From assembly GCF_009914755.1 (NCBI RefSeq), contig NC_060930.1: 64,000 nucleotides of DNA; one strand, written 5' to 3'. Of this stretch, positions 14,427 to 34,189 are shown piece by piece. Made by a program: the position numbers and the translations under genes. Under the pieces are notes generated by a model, which searched no databases, was not told the DNA's origin, and saw only the letters and a list, made by a program, of their open reading frames with translations. Source of the stretch: the human T2T-CHM13v2.0 reference genome, Homo sapiens. The stretch's first letter is position 1. Each line of letters begins with the position of its first letter.

Positions 14427-16519
14427 AATCTCATCATCCAGATACACCTGTTGATGTGTAAAATATTACACAAACAAAAATCAAAAATTTCAAGTAAAAA
14501 GTAAACCCAAACATTAAAGAAAGGTCTAAAATAAGAAGTTTCTTCCTCTCTACACTCAGTTCTAACCATCCCTCTCCCCAAAGATAATCATTGTTTTTCT
14601 GATCTCTTCCAAATAAATGTGTATGAAATTCTGTTCTTGAATTTGCACTAAAAGAATGATACTATATACACCATTCAGCAACTTGCTTTTCTCATTTAAT
14701 GATATATCTTATAGATCTTTCTATATCTGCACATACAGACCCACCTCCTTCCGTTTCATAGAAGTGACATAATTCAACTAGTTCCTCATTGATGTATGTC
14801 CTGCTTTTTTTCCTATTGCAAATAATACTGCAATATCATTGTGTGTATGTATTATGCATGTATGTTCATCTTGGCAAACTTTGAAAATATATCCTTATAG
14901 TAAATTACATGCATTTAGAAGTTTTGATGCAAGTGGAGAATTGCCATTCACAATGTTCCCATCAATTTATATATCCATAAAAATTGTATGAAAGTACCCT
15001 TTTGCTTATATCCTAGACAACATTGGTATCAAAACATTTTTATTCTGAAAGACAAAAAAGGAAGAAAAGATATAAAACTGTTTTTATTTGTGTTTCTTTT
15101 TTTTTTTAACAACAGAAACATAACACTTTCCCAGGGGAGTTGTCGATACATTTCCCACTATCCTCTTGACCTGTTCCTGGACTCTATTCTGTTCCATTTA
15201 TCTATATGCTATTTCTCCCATATCAATAGTCCTCCAAGTAAAATAACTAAGTTTTTTAAAGCATATGTGTTGGAATGTCATGGATTGTTTGACTGCAAAT
15301 GAGAATCAGGACTAATACTCCTCTATCACACTTCTTTTCCAGAATGTTCCTGAGTATTTTCATATTTTTAGGCAAACTTCAATTTTAAAAAATTCTGTTT
15401 GCATTTTAATTGGGACTTCATTGAATACACTGATTAAGGAAAACCGATATTTTTACTTTATTGTATTTTCCTACTCTAGGGCATGTTCTAATTTTTTAGC
15501 AAAAGTAAATTATCTGCAAAGTCTAAAGTATCTGTGACTCCCCTTGACTAATTTGGCTGTATACTGGACCACCCTGAAGATCACTGGCTGAAGGGATAAA
15601 ATGCAAATCTCTTGGTGAAACCCAAACAGACCTCTATGACGCAGCAGAATAGACTCCACACTGCCAAAGACAGGGAGTCCCAATCACTGTCATCTATGTG
15701 CATGGAGCTGTGCACTGAGGCAGCCCTGAGCCTCCATCCAATTCCATCTCCTGCAGCCTCCCCTATCAAATCCTATGCTTTGGTCACACTGAAATACTGG
15801 AGTTTCCAAACAAGTCACACAGTTTCACTTCTCATCTTTGTACCTTCTCTTCCCTTTGCCTCAAGTGTCTTCTGGCCTTCATTCAAATTCTATGGGTCAA
15901 GCATTTTATCAGGTCTGGATAAAATTCAATAAACTGTTTAAAATGTATTTGCTGAAATTATATTTCTATTTTACAGTTTTTGCAAGTGGGTAAGAATCAA
16001 AGCAGCGATTCACTCTCCTCCAGATGAATTGCTCCCACTGCTGCAACAACAGACCCACCGCAGAGCCCTGAGGAGCAACACTGTCAGTATCTCATGCTCC
16101 TCTCTCTCCCCAAACCCAGCTTTTCCTTCATCTTTCCTCCCTCCTCCCAGTAAAGGCCAGTTTTGTCCAATCTGTGAAGCTCCCTTTCCATCACATGAGG
16201 TCTGGGTGGGATCCTGGTCCCATGGCTTAAAGACCAAATTAACTTGGACACTTAAATTCACCTTTATGTGGCAACTTTAGCTACTTCACAGGATGTGCCA
16301 TGGCATTTTAACTGTAATATGTCGGAGAGGCATTATAGTTACTATTACTCTAAGACATTCAAAAGGCTATCTTACTGTTTCATGAAAGTTAAGCTATTTG
16401 TGTTATTTCCATGAAATCTGAAATACACATCAATTTGGAAAAGGGATATCTAAGTTGGTTAAAATTTGAGTCTATAAAGTTTCCTTAAAAAGAAAACTGA
16501 TATACATTTTTAACCACAC

Positions 16520-16700
16520 AGTAGTTTTCAGTGGGAGACAGAAATGCTTGGCCCTACTCTCACCCCTAGGAATATTTCGAAACTGGTGGGGAGAGGTTTT
16601 CATGTCACACAGCCCTAGAATGCTACTAGCATTTGATATCTGGGAGCCTGGGATGCTAAAATACCTCAGAAACACCCCAGTAGGGACACACTGAAAACAG
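16520..16700 (+). mobile_element. MER20-like hAT fragment
   Basis: cagtagttttc...tgctactagcat...gggatgctaaaatacc. Confidence 0.45.
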
Positions 16701-16740
16701 GACTTCAGACTAGACAAACAAAAAAGTATTAATAATTCCA

Positions 16741-17509
<769 letters not shown>

Positions 17510-18090
17510 TGCCCAGGCTCACTTAGGTAAACAAAGCAGCCGGGAAGCTCAAACTGGGTGGAGCCCACCACAACTCAAGGAGGCCTACCTGCCTCTGTAG
17601 GCTCCACCTCTGGGGGCAGGGCACAGACAAACAAAAAGACAGCAGTAACCTCTGCAGACTTAAATGTCCCTGTCTGACACCTTTGAGGAGAGCAGTGGTT
17701 CTCCCAGCACGCAGCTGGAGATCTGAGAACGGGCAGACTGCCTCCTCAAGTGGGTCCCTGACCCCTGACCCCCAAGCAGCCTAACTGGGAGGCACCCTCC
17801 AGTAGGGGCAGACTGACACCTCACACGGCCGGGTACTCCTCTGAGACAAAACTTCCAGAGAAATGATCAGACAGCAGCATTCGCGGATCACGAAAATCTG
17901 CGGTTCTGCAGACACTGCTGCTGACACCCAGGCAAACAGGGTCCGGAGTGGACCTCTAGCAAACTCCAACAGACCTGCAGCTGAGGGTCCTGTCTGTTAG
18001 AAGGAAAACTAACAAACAGAAAGGCCATCCACCAAAAACCCATCTGTACATCACCATCATCAAAGACCAAAAGTAGATAAAACCACAAAG

Positions 18091-19104
18091 ATGGGGGAAA
18101 AACAGAGCAGAAAAACTGGAAACTCTAAAAAGCAGAGCGCCTCTCCTCCAAAGGAACGCAGTTCCTCACCGGCAATGGAACAAAGCTGGACGGAGAATGA
18201 CTTTGACGACTTGAGAGAAGAAGGTTTCAGACGATCAAACTACTCCGAGCTACAGGAGGAAATTCAAACCAAAGGCAAAGAAGTTAAAAACTTTGAAAAA
18301 AATTTAGACAAATGTATAACTAGAATAACCAATACAGAGAAGTACTTAAAGGAGCTGATGGAGCTGAAAGCCAAGGCTCAAGAACTACGTGAAGAATGCA
18401 CAAGCCTCAGGAGCCCATGCAATCAACTGGAAGAAAGGTTATCAGTGATGGAAGATGAAATGAATGAAATGAAGCGAGAAGGGATGTTTAGAGAAAAAAG
18501 AATAAAAAGAAACGGACAAAGCCTCCAAGAAATATGGGACTATGTGAAAAGACCAAATCTATGTCTGATTGGCGTACCTGAAAGTGACAGGGAGAATGGA
18601 ACCAAGTTGGAAAACACTCTGCAGGATATTATCCAGGAGAACTTCCCCAATCTAGCAAGGCAGGCCAACATTCAGATTCAGGAGATACAGAGAACGCCAC
18701 AAATATATTCCTCAAGAAGAGCAACTCCAAGACACATAATTGTCAGATTCACCAAAGTTGAAATGAAGGAAAAAATGTTAAGGGCAGCCAGAGAGAAAGG
18801 TCGGGTTACCCACCAAGGGAAGCCCATCAGACTAACTGCTGACCTCTCGGCAGAAACTCTACAAGCCAGAAGAGAGTGGGGGCCAATATTCAACATTCTT
18901 AAAGAAAATAATTTTCAACCCAAAATTTTATATCCAGCCAAACTAAGCTTCATAAGTGAAGGAGAAATAAAATACTTCACGGACAAGCAAATGCTGAGAG
19001 ATTTTGTCACCACCAGGCCTGCCCTAAAAGAGCTCCTGAAGGAAGCACTAAACATGGAAAGGCACAACCGGTACCAGCTGCTGCAAAATCACGCCAAAAT
19101 GTAA
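18091..19104 (+). CDS. L1 ORF1p (intact, 337 aa)
   Basis: MGEKQSRKTGNSK...LLQNHAKM is open from start to stop, with coiled-coil, RRM and CTD motifs (REKG, ARR, YPAKLS). Confidence 0.93.
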   Translation: MGEKQSRKTGNSKKQSASPPKERSSSPAMEQSWTENDFDDLREEGFRRSNYSELQEEIQTKGKEVKNFEKNLDKCITRITNTEKYLKELMELKAKAQELREECTSLRSPCNQLEERLSVMEDEMNEMKREGMFREKRIKRNGQSLQEIWDYVKRPNLCLIGVPESDRENGTKLENTLQDIIQENFPNLARQANIQIQEIQRTPQIYSSRRATPRHIIVRFTKVEMKEKMLRAAREKGRVTHQGKPIRLTADLSAETLQARREWGPIFNILKENNFQPKILYPAKLSFISEGEIKYFTDKQMLRDFVTTRPALKELLKEALNMERHNRYQLLQNHAKM

Positions 19105-19167
19105 AGACCATCGAGAATAGGAAGAAACTGCATCAACTAACGAGCAACATAACCAGCTAACATCATA

Positions 19168-22990
<3,823 letters not shown>

Positions 22991-23700
22991 AACACATGGA
23001 CACAGGAAGGGGAACATCACGCTCTGGGGACTGTTGTGGGGTGGGGCGAGTGGGGAGGGATAGCATTAGGAGATATACCTAATGCTAAATGACGAGTTGA
23101 TGGGTGCAGCACACCAGCATGGCACATGTATACATATGTAACTAACCTGCACATTGTGCACATGTACCCTAAAACTTAAAGTATAATTAAAAAAAAACTA
23201 AAAAAAAAAAAAAGTATTAATAATTCCAAGGTAATAGCACTACCTGCCTAGACCAAAAATTACAGTTAGGAGAATATAGAATAGAGTTAGTATAGAAAAA
23301 AAATGACACTTAGAGAAACTACAGATTAAACAGAATAAGCATTCATCTCACAATCTTATTAATATTCTTATTTTTAATAGCAAATCATCTTTAACATAAC
23401 TAATAAAAAGTTAAGCATGTATTGCCCACAGTTAAAGTGTAATATGAATTAAAGTGGATTGTTACTTATTACTGGTTTTTGTATTTGGTTATTATTAATT
23501 AGCAATATGAAAATATATACTTAATAGTTTACCCAGAAACACTAATGCCAAACCAAAACAAAAGCAGTGAAATTAGTTAAAACATGATTTTGTCTAGTTT
23601 TTCCAAAATCAAAATATACAACACATCAAATTATATATAACTTACCAATGCTCAATTACCGATGCTCAGTAAACATTAATATCTAAAGATTAAAAATCTA

Positions 23701-24144
<444 letters not shown>

Positions 24145-27100
24145 TTAAGGTTATAGACCCATGCCCAATATGTCACAGTGTGAAACAAAGTCATCAAAAT
24201 AAATAGAATCCAATATAAGTATTGTTCCCAAGATATAAAAAACTTTAAAAAACCAAATGCCACAGACCTTATTAATTTATTTTTATAAGTCCCCAAACAG
24301 TCCTTTTTTACAGATTTCACATTGATCAGTTTAAAAACTGGAACATGTAGTTAGAGGTATCTGAACAACATTACAGTTTACAAGATAAGTAAACCCAAAG
24401 AATAAAACACACAAAGATGAAGCTCCCTGTGTGCATGGCTTAAACCAACTGCGGAAACTAAACTGATCATTTTGCTTCACAAAGGTCTCCTGCTTCAGCT
24501 TTTCCATTTCTGTCACTAGCCTCATATAAATGCAAAACTTTCATATTATCTTTTTCTCTTTATTTTATCAAATCATTGTTTCATCAAATTTTTCAAGAAA
24601 CTGTTTCTTGTATATGCCCTTCTCCTGAATTTCCATTTTTGCTATATTTAAGTTATCCTTATATCCTTAGTATCTAGCAAATATCTAAAGACATAAAAGG
24701 GGAATAACATTCTCCTATTCCTCCAAATGAACTCCTGCTTCCCAGCCAGATTAATCATTATTTTCCATGCAATAAACTTATTTCCACCTTTATGTCTTTG
24801 CTCGTGTTATCTTCCTCCCCATGAAATGCCCAACCTACTATTATCTGCATATCTATTCTTCAAGGCCTAACTTATATTCCATCTCCAGATAAGTCTTCTT
24901 ATAAAACTATTTTCCAAAATTATTTAAAGATTCTTCATAATAATAGCATCATCAGGTACTTAATATACTCATATGTCAGTTAACTATTTCTCTAATATTA
25001 TTTCTAATAAAGAGAAAATTAGAAACATTTAAAAATACTTCAATTATCACCTTTTCTCTATTCCTAATTATTTACTTTTGCTAGTAAAATTTTTTAATAA
25101 AGATTTTACATCAAAGAATAAGAATATTTTTAAGTCTCTCAATACACACTACAAATTGCTTTCAAAAAAGCTTATGCCAATAGTACATAAGAATGATCAC
25201 TGAAAGCATTAAAAATAATCTCTAGTTTCATAGTGAGCCATATCTCCTTATGATGTAATTTGTAATTCACTGATTACTAATGGCACTTAATTTTTTTATA
25301 TATTCATTAATCATATGAGATTTTTTTCCACCAATAAATTGTTCGTTTATTTCCCTGGCCCAATGACCTACTGAGATCTAAGTAAAAACTGATAATGGCA
25401 ACGCATAGAAGAAACTGAAAGAAAAAAAAAATGTGAAACTCAAGGGAGAAATCAGAGCCAAAATTATAGAAGCCATCAACATATAGGTACTCCTACTGTT
25501 TTTAGGCCCAGAAGGGACCAAGAAAAGCATACAGCCACAATCTTGGAAGAATGGAGAGGGAAGTATGGCAATTTCTACCTTCAGGAATAAAAGCAAACTC
25601 CAAAGGAATTCTAATAAACATATCACGAAGGGAATCAGGAACCACAGAATAGGGAACTTTAGCAGTAGGGACTTTTATTACAGTTTCTAGAACCTTTAAA
25701 ATCCCATACTTGTTATTTTTGCTGATTCTCTCCTGAAATGTAGGAATAAAATCCATCAAACATAAACAGCCTGTGAGTATTTGTATTCAGAGGCAACATT
25801 AAAGTAGCAATGGATAAATTAGTTACACCCTATAACCAATCTTGCAAGGCAGGGAAAGAGTTCCAAAGAATAGAGCAGGCTGTGGCAGGTTTAATGAGGA
25901 AAGAGAAGCAGGCTGGGTATCTTCTTCTGGTGACAAGACAGAAAAGCAAACCTGGAATGCCATCCTGAACCTAAGAATGTCCCTAGAGATTAACTGCTAA
26001 AATCAAGGGTTCCTAACGAAGGAATTGATTTGAATACTCTAATGTAAATACATGCAGCAAAACAGAGCTAGCCATATAGGTGCTAGGGAACAGAAGCATG
26101 AAACATCTAAAACAATGCTGGTGAGAAAATGTATGCCTAATTTTGGATACCTTATTTCCAAGAATCACAGAGTAAATTATAGAATACATGAAGAAATTCA
26201 AATTTTAGTCTTACTTTTTTGTCGCCACTGCAAATTGACACCAGACGATGCTGGAGGAACATCTCCAAGAAACAAGGACCCCTCAAGACCCTGTGAAATA
26301 ACCACCTATACTGGTTTACAGCACATGTGAACTAAACCAGCCTACTTTGTTGTTTAGTTTCAATGGGGAGTTTTGGGAGGCTTAAGAAGAACACTGAAAA
26401 TATAATAAAGAAATAACCTCTGCCAAGTTCTTAGCAATAAATAAATATGCACACAATACAGGTCTTCATGTATAATTTGAAATGCATTATAATGTAAATC
26501 AAATTAAAAATTATAAATATAAACATAAAGACATTGATTAGAACATAAATATTCAATTTTAATAATGCATTAATCTACAAAAAGTCCTCTCTAGCTACCT
26601 TGCAGAACATGCAAAACAGACAGGGTTAAGATGATGCTTTACACTGACTTCCTTAACATTTCTAGCATGTTTAAACATATTAGGATTAATGTTATTTTAG
26701 CATCATTCTTGCTTCTGACTTCTATATCGCATAAAGATTATTTAGTTACATATATATCAGAATCTGCAAAAATTATACTTAAAGTGGAATATCAGGATTG
26801 TATCTGTTTTTAGAAAGATTTAAAAATATGTCTAAATATTAAAAATTTCCAAGTAAATCATTAGTTTCTATATTTTACTTTTATTTTTCTTGATAACCTA
26901 AAAAGTAACAAGAAAAAAAAAGACAGAAAAATTATTTGAATTAACTATGAGACCAATACAAATAGATTTTCTGCTACCTGCATTAAGGTTTTTGTTTAAA
27001 ATTCCCCAATAGAGCTAAAATGTATCATTTCTAAGTTAAAATGAGAAAGGTATCTATCTTACCCAACAAGAGAATATGAGAATTTCTTTTTATTCTGGAA

Positions 27101-27179
27101 AACTAAAGCCAGAATAATAAAAACTAGTCAGTGAAAACAAGAAAACAAACATAAACATACGCACATGTACATATGGGTA

Positions 27180-27181
27180 CA

Positions 27182-27223
<42 letters not shown>
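27180..27223 (+). repeat. (CA)n microsatellite
   Basis: About 22 CA units with one interruption. Confidence 0.95.
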
Positions 27224-27224
<1 letters not shown>

Positions 27225-27941
27225 TCTGGAGAAAGCTCAACTCTTTTAATTCTCTAGCCCCAGGGCAGTGTTGATATGATTAAACTCCTTTAAGTCATGG
27301 CTTTTGTAATAGTACATTTACATGTTTAATATTATTCTCATACACTGTATTTATTTACTGGACAAATCTGACAAACTCTAATGTACTCTTTAAGTATTTT
27401 AAATCTCAAGTATCACATGTGCAAAATTCAGCCTGGAATGTCTTTGAGACTGGGCTTACAGTCTGCATCTGGAGCATTCAATTCTGGGATAGTAACTAAC
27501 ACAGCCCATTTAATGTTCTTTCTGTTGATTGTACTGGATGACTACTATGTGTCCAGTGCTCAGAAACAAACCACTCTATGACTGCTGACCTGTTATACCA
27601 CTAAGAAACTTTCTCCAGGGCAACCAGGAAGCAGTGGGTAGATGAGAGGAAGAGAGATGTTTCATTAATGGAAACCAAAGAAAGCAAGTTTTCTAACCTG
27701 TATTCAGGCTTGAAGCCAGGCAGATGAGTACAAAAAGCTTCCTTGCAACCAAAATTTATCCTAGCCAGTAAGTATATCTAGTAGCCAGCAAAGAAAGTTA
27801 TCTTGCCAACCCTGTTCCATTTCACTAGCTGAAAGTGAAGGAATAATAGGAAAACAGAAATAAAAGTAACAAGTATTCTGACAGGTCTATCTATTCACTC
27901 CCTGCCTCCCAGCCCATCTCTAATTGGAAACTAATAAACTA

Positions 27942-29143
27942 GCATGTGCTTAAAAAAAGAATTAACCAGTGAAGAGCTTGGTCAATTCTGAGTTAAATGA
28001 CAAACTCATGTTTCTTGGCCCACATGACCAAGGTCCAGGTCATGACAAATTTGTGAAATCGTTACTTAAGCAACTGGATTTGGTAGCAAATTCTATGAAA
28101 GCCTCTTTTTTTCTCCCTGCTTTCTTAATTTCAATATTATATAGTTGGAGTGCTTTGAACACTGAAAAAAAATTCCACATCATTAAATTTCATTCCCAAA
28201 TAACTTTATTCCAATTGGTTTCTTTAATCTGACCTCTATTTGTCATCTTCTTCTTCCCCGTTTCCTTGTCTCTCTCTTCCAAATGGTAACCCTGAGCTAG
28301 CCTATTTTCTGAGTCTTACATAAGCATCCATTAAGATATTATTCACAGGACTAGGGCACTCTATAAAACCTGCAACCTCCGCCTTCTGGTTTCAAGTGAT
28401 TCTCCCGCCTCAGCCTCCCGAATAGCTGGAATTACAGGTGCCCGCCACCACGCCTGGCTAATTTTTGTGTTTTTAGTAGAGACGGGGTTTCACCATGTTG
28501 GCCAGGCTGGTCTCAAACGCTTGACCTTGTTATCCGCCCCCCTCGGCCTCCCAAAGTGCTGGGATTACAGGCGTGAGCCACCATGCCAGGCCTTTTTCTT
28601 TTGCTCTTAATAAGGTACTAGGCAAGAAATGAGGAGACTTTAAGATCTGGTAGAACTACCTGTAACTTCTCCACTTCATTTACTGAACAAAGAAATGCAA
28701 TCACATGAAATAGGAAAAGACTGGTTTTAAATTTTAAATGTTCTGGGACTAAAAGAAGTCAATTTCCTGCAAATTCCTGAGCTACTCCAACACATTCTTG
28801 TTTGTTAACTCCTAAGGGAGGGATATAAAATTAAAATAATAGACACTGTAGCCCACTGGGTTCCCAAACAGTAGTACATGACGGAGTTTTCCATCACTAA
28901 ATGTGAGAATGCACATTTAGTATGCACCTATCACACATATATGTTCTTATAACATTGAAAGAAATCTTTATTCAAGATTCTGATCATGCTGATTTCTTGG
29001 TATAAACTGAGTTGCTTGAGTAATCATTTCACAAATTTGTCATGATCTTGTCCTTTCGACTTTGTGGGCCAAAAAACATGATTTTGTCATTTAACTCAGA
29101 ATTGACCAAGCTCTTCACTGGTTAATTTTTTTTGAACAGATGC
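27942..29143. repeat. Inverted repeat, arms 27942-28075 and 29010-29143
   Basis: Arms are reverse complements, with a 45-bp perfect core (27960-28004 vs 29083-29127) and a 20-bp perfect block (28040-28059 vs 29026-29045). Confidence 0.93.
28370..28592 (-). mobile_element. AluS lacking its 3' end and tail
   Basis: Begins abruptly at ctgcaacctccgcc and runs to gagccaccatgccaggcc. Confidence 0.88.
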
Positions 29144-29289
29144 ATAAACTTTTATGAAATAATGGTGATGACAGGTAACATTGGCATTTTGTTTGTCTTT
29201 TTACTGTATGTTAATTTAGCAAAGTAAATAATCTGACAAGTCTATGAGTTCCCTAATTTTTATGATGATTATTATGTTACTAGTTTATT

Positions 29290-29728
29290 GTGACTGACTC
29301 CTCCCACCTGAACTCCATTCACATGCACATCCCCCATCTCATCAGTTCTATGTGCCACCCTGCAGATGGGCTTGCTTTGCTCCTAAGGGTTTACACTTAC
29401 AACCTTCTTCACAGAACTACCTTGGGCTTCATCTAGGGAGTGACATGTGCCTAGAAGATTGACAGTCCCCCTTTCCCACCCTTCCAGCCCATGGTAAAAG
29501 TCTGGCTGGTGCAGGAGTATAAGGGCCCAGCTCTCTAGCAACTTTGCCTCCCAGCAGACTGGGACTTCACATGATATTGCATCCTTGCTTGATTTTTCCC
29601 ATCATGCTTTCCCTACTCCTTTACTAGCTTCTCCTAGAGTATCTTCATAAAAAAATTTCCACAAAAATTTCCATAAAAATTGCACAGGAATAGTCACCTC
29701 AAGATATTCTTCTGGGAAGCTGGATCCA
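29290..29728 (+). mobile_element. LTR16-like ERVL solo LTR
   Basis: ggagtataagggcccagctc...ttgcctc, cttccctactcc and ttctgggaa near the end; heavily diverged. Confidence 0.45.
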
Positions 29729-30642
29729 AAAAAATCTATAAAATCCCAAAGTCTAGAAACCCCTAGTTTAGATCTTAAGAATGTTACTCCCATGTCTCCA
29801 GTTGCCAACAGCTTATTCTCTGCATTCTTGGACTTTTCTCACTTCTTCAAACACCATGATCTTAGCTCATGATCTCACGTTCAAATGTGCTGTTGTCTCT
29901 CCTCCTTTCCTATCCACACTGGAGCCTCACTCAACCCTCAGGTCCCAGGTAAGTCACTTCCCCAGGGAAGCCTTCTCTGAGCCCACAGATTAGGTTCTCC
30001 CCTCTGCCAATACATGTTCCTCATGGTCCTCTTCTAGGCTGGCCTGTAAGCTCAAAAAAGAGCCATCTCTGTCTGACTCTCTACTTGGTTCCTAGCAGTG
30101 AACTGGCAGAGAGGGTGTTCAATAAATGTTTCTGATTGTATAAAAAATTCACCCAAATGTTAACAGTTACTGAATCTGGGCAGAAGAATTACAGATTTTT
30201 TTCATATATATTTTCCTTTTTTTTTGGTATTTTCTAGATTATTTTTAAACAATGAAACATCTATTGATTTCATAATCAGTAAAATTTAAAAAGGCTTTTT
30301 CTTATATCTTAATAATATATTGGTCACCTTTTTTTCTCTTAAAATGTAATGGTATTTTCAGTAGACTAAAGCTGAAAATCAGTAAAGAAAATTAGAGATA
30401 CAGGTATAAATAAAGTTTTAACTTTAATCACAACCATATACCAGTAACTCTCAGTAACCCAAGAGCATGATTTGTACTTAAAATTAGTTATGCAGCTGTT
30501 AAGTTTTAGACTGGAGAAAACACATTACATGTTCCATTGATCTCCTCCCTAAATCTTTTCAGATTTTTGGAAAAAAGTAGGTAACTTTGTAAGAAGAATG
30601 TCAGAGTCCTAATAAAACAATTCTCATATAAGAAAAGATCCT

Positions 30643-30937
<295 letters not shown>

Positions 30938-32842
30938 GATCCTACTCCATTTTTTCCTCTTAGGGAGAAAACAAAAATCTGATTTTAATTAAGGTATGCT
31001 GGCTTTCTGAGTTTAAAAAACGACTAATAACATTATTTGCAATGAATTATTAGGTAGTTCTGGAAAAAAAAGTAAAGATTATACCAGCAATCTCCAAGTT
31101 GAGCTGTACTCTGTATGTTTTCTGGCAGGCCCTGGAAGTATTCCCTTAGAGATGAGGGGACAGAGATATCAGAGGAGCTGCATGTTACGGAGGTAGCAGC
31201 TGACCTCTGCCCGCCTCCTCCTGCACTGGCAGCTGGCCATCCCTACAGTTGAACAGGTGCCCTGATCTGCTCTCAGGCTAGAATGAGAGCGGGAATTTTT
31301 ATTTATTTTGTTCACTGCTCGCTGACACATCTCTAATACCTAGAACAACACCTAGCACATTAGGTAGGCACTAAAATATTTAATGAACGAGTGATTTAAT
31401 AAAGTGATATGAAGTCCTAGAAACTGCTAAGATCCATGAGTAATAGAAAAAATGAGCAAATAATATGATCAGATAGTTAAAGGAAAAAGAAATATAAATG
31501 GCTTTTAAACATATGAAAAGATTTCAACCTCAGAGATAATAAAAGAATTTTAACAGTTAACATGAGATAACATTTTTCACCTATTAAATTGCAAAAATAT
31601 TGAAATTTATAAACATACTCTGTAGGCGAGGCTTTGGCAAAACACCCATGTACATGCCCTGCTAGTGGGAATATAAATAGTACAGACTCTTTGGAGAGAA
31701 ATTTGGCATTACATATGAAAATTACAACTGTTAAAAATTAAAATTAAATGTAACTAAGAATAAATTGTTAAAATGCAAAAAAAAAATGTTAAACATTACA
31801 AAATTATCAAATTATCCTTGGTTGAGTAGCCTTCTTCTAGGAAATTTATCCCACAGATATACTTGCACACATGCAAAGTGACTTATGATAAGGTCATTCC
31901 CTGCATTAATGTTTATAAGAGCAAAAGACTAGAAACAACTAAGTGCCCATCAATGGGGGACTAGTTAATAAGTTGGGGTTCATACACACTATGCATTACT
32001 TGCAAATGCAGGAAAGAATGAGGAAGCTCTCTTTGTACTTACAAGAAAAGATCCAACATATACTACTGTGTGAAACAAGGTACAGAACAGTGTGATAAAT
32101 ATGCTTACTTTTGTGTATAAAAATATAAAATTATATTTGTATTTGCTTGTGTCTGCACAAAGAAATTCTGGAAAGATACAAAATGAGCTGATAAAAGTGG
32201 TTTCTTCGAGGGAGGAATGGGTCCTAGGCACATGGAGAACAGGGTACATGTGAGACTGCATTATATTAATATTTTGTAAAATTAGGAGGTTGAATGACAA
32301 AAACGACAGCCAAGGAGCTGTTATGCAAAACAGGCTTGTAGGGAGAATGCATGAATTACTTAAAGCAACATTGATTTTTAAATGAATATGGGTGTTGCAA
32401 AAACATTCAACTAACGTTAAACCAAATCCCCTAAGGACCTCCTCTGAAGTGTCACTCACAGGCCTATTGTGAGTTGTTGAAAAGATTTAAAAGTAGTAAC
32501 ATGATGCCTGTTTGAAAATATTTTCAAAGTCATATTTCGTACTAACGTCCCAGAATGGCCCATGTCCCTATGAGTTCAAATTGTGCTTTTTGGTTTTGGT
32601 AAATTTTATGAGATACAAATATCATAAGCCATGAATATTACAGTATGAGGTATTACAGGTATAAAGCCTGAATTAAATCTTTATATGAGTGATCTCTCTT
32701 CCCCATCAGAAAACTAAGGAAAATTTTCAAAATCAAATTCAATTAAGTTACTTAAAAGAATGCTTGCAATAAAAAAGATCTCCAATATTAACAACCAAAA
32801 CCTTTCTACCATATAACTTAGGTCATTAAAAAATTAGTCTTA

Positions 32843-33355
<513 letters not shown>

Positions 33356-34071
33356 CTAGATGTGAATTATGAAGCTTCAAAAGGTCAGGTGTCCTCAGTA
33401 AGATGCATGAACTCTTTGAAGGATGTTCTAAAAAAATGAATGGCTTGGTGAAGTAAAATAATTTAAATAAGCAGAAAAATGCATGGATAAGGTAATGAAC
33501 AGGCTCTACCCTCAATGTAATTTCTCAGAATGAAACTAAAAAAACAAGTTTTAAAATACAAATGTGAAGTCTGGTATAAATAAATTTTCTAATGTATTTT
33601 TAAGAAACCTAAATATTGTTATGCATACAATATGGGAAGCAAAACTATATTATAAGGCAATTGGAAGATATACAATCCAAAAAGCCGTATTTTATACAAA
33701 ATTATAACCATCACTCAAGAAATACTAAGTCTTTGAATCTGAAAATTAAAATTATTTAAATTATATGGTGAACCACTAAAATACTGCTGTAAATTCAAAA
33801 TAATCTTAGACATTGCTGTAATTTTACATGTTAACAAAAATTCCCTACTGTTAATTATTACTCTCTTTCAAACATACAGAATTCAGATTTCACATTATGG
33901 GAATATAGTTCTTTGGTGCTGACAGTTAATCCAGATGAACTACATTAACTGCCTTACACATCACAGATCACAGATCAGTGTTTAATTTATAACTCCTAGC
34001 ATTATTTGTTAGGGCAGTCCATGGCTGGCTGGCATCTGGTTTGTTGCCAGCTACTCTTAGAAATCACTCAC

Positions 34072-34189
34072 CCCAGATAGAATGGTCACAGGATACACAT
34101 GGGAAATGCAAAAGTTGGCATTCATCCAGGTACCCTGAACTTTGCATGCTGACTTCAGGTACAAATGCTGACATGTGACATTCTTTTAC
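34072..34189 (-). other. FBXL4: FBXL4 non-coding 5'UTR exon 3 (118 nt, probably a cassette exon)
   Basis: Acceptor ctcttttcttacag at 34191-34190 and strong donor GGG|GTGAGT at 34071-34070, 644 nt upstream of the first coding exon. Confidence 0.8.

Noticed and set aside
31989-32459. 156-aa minus-strand ORF
   Set aside because: It overlaps the antisense of an old L1M 3'UTR-like fragment; the hydrophobic composition reflects T-rich DNA, and no convincing splice sites were found.
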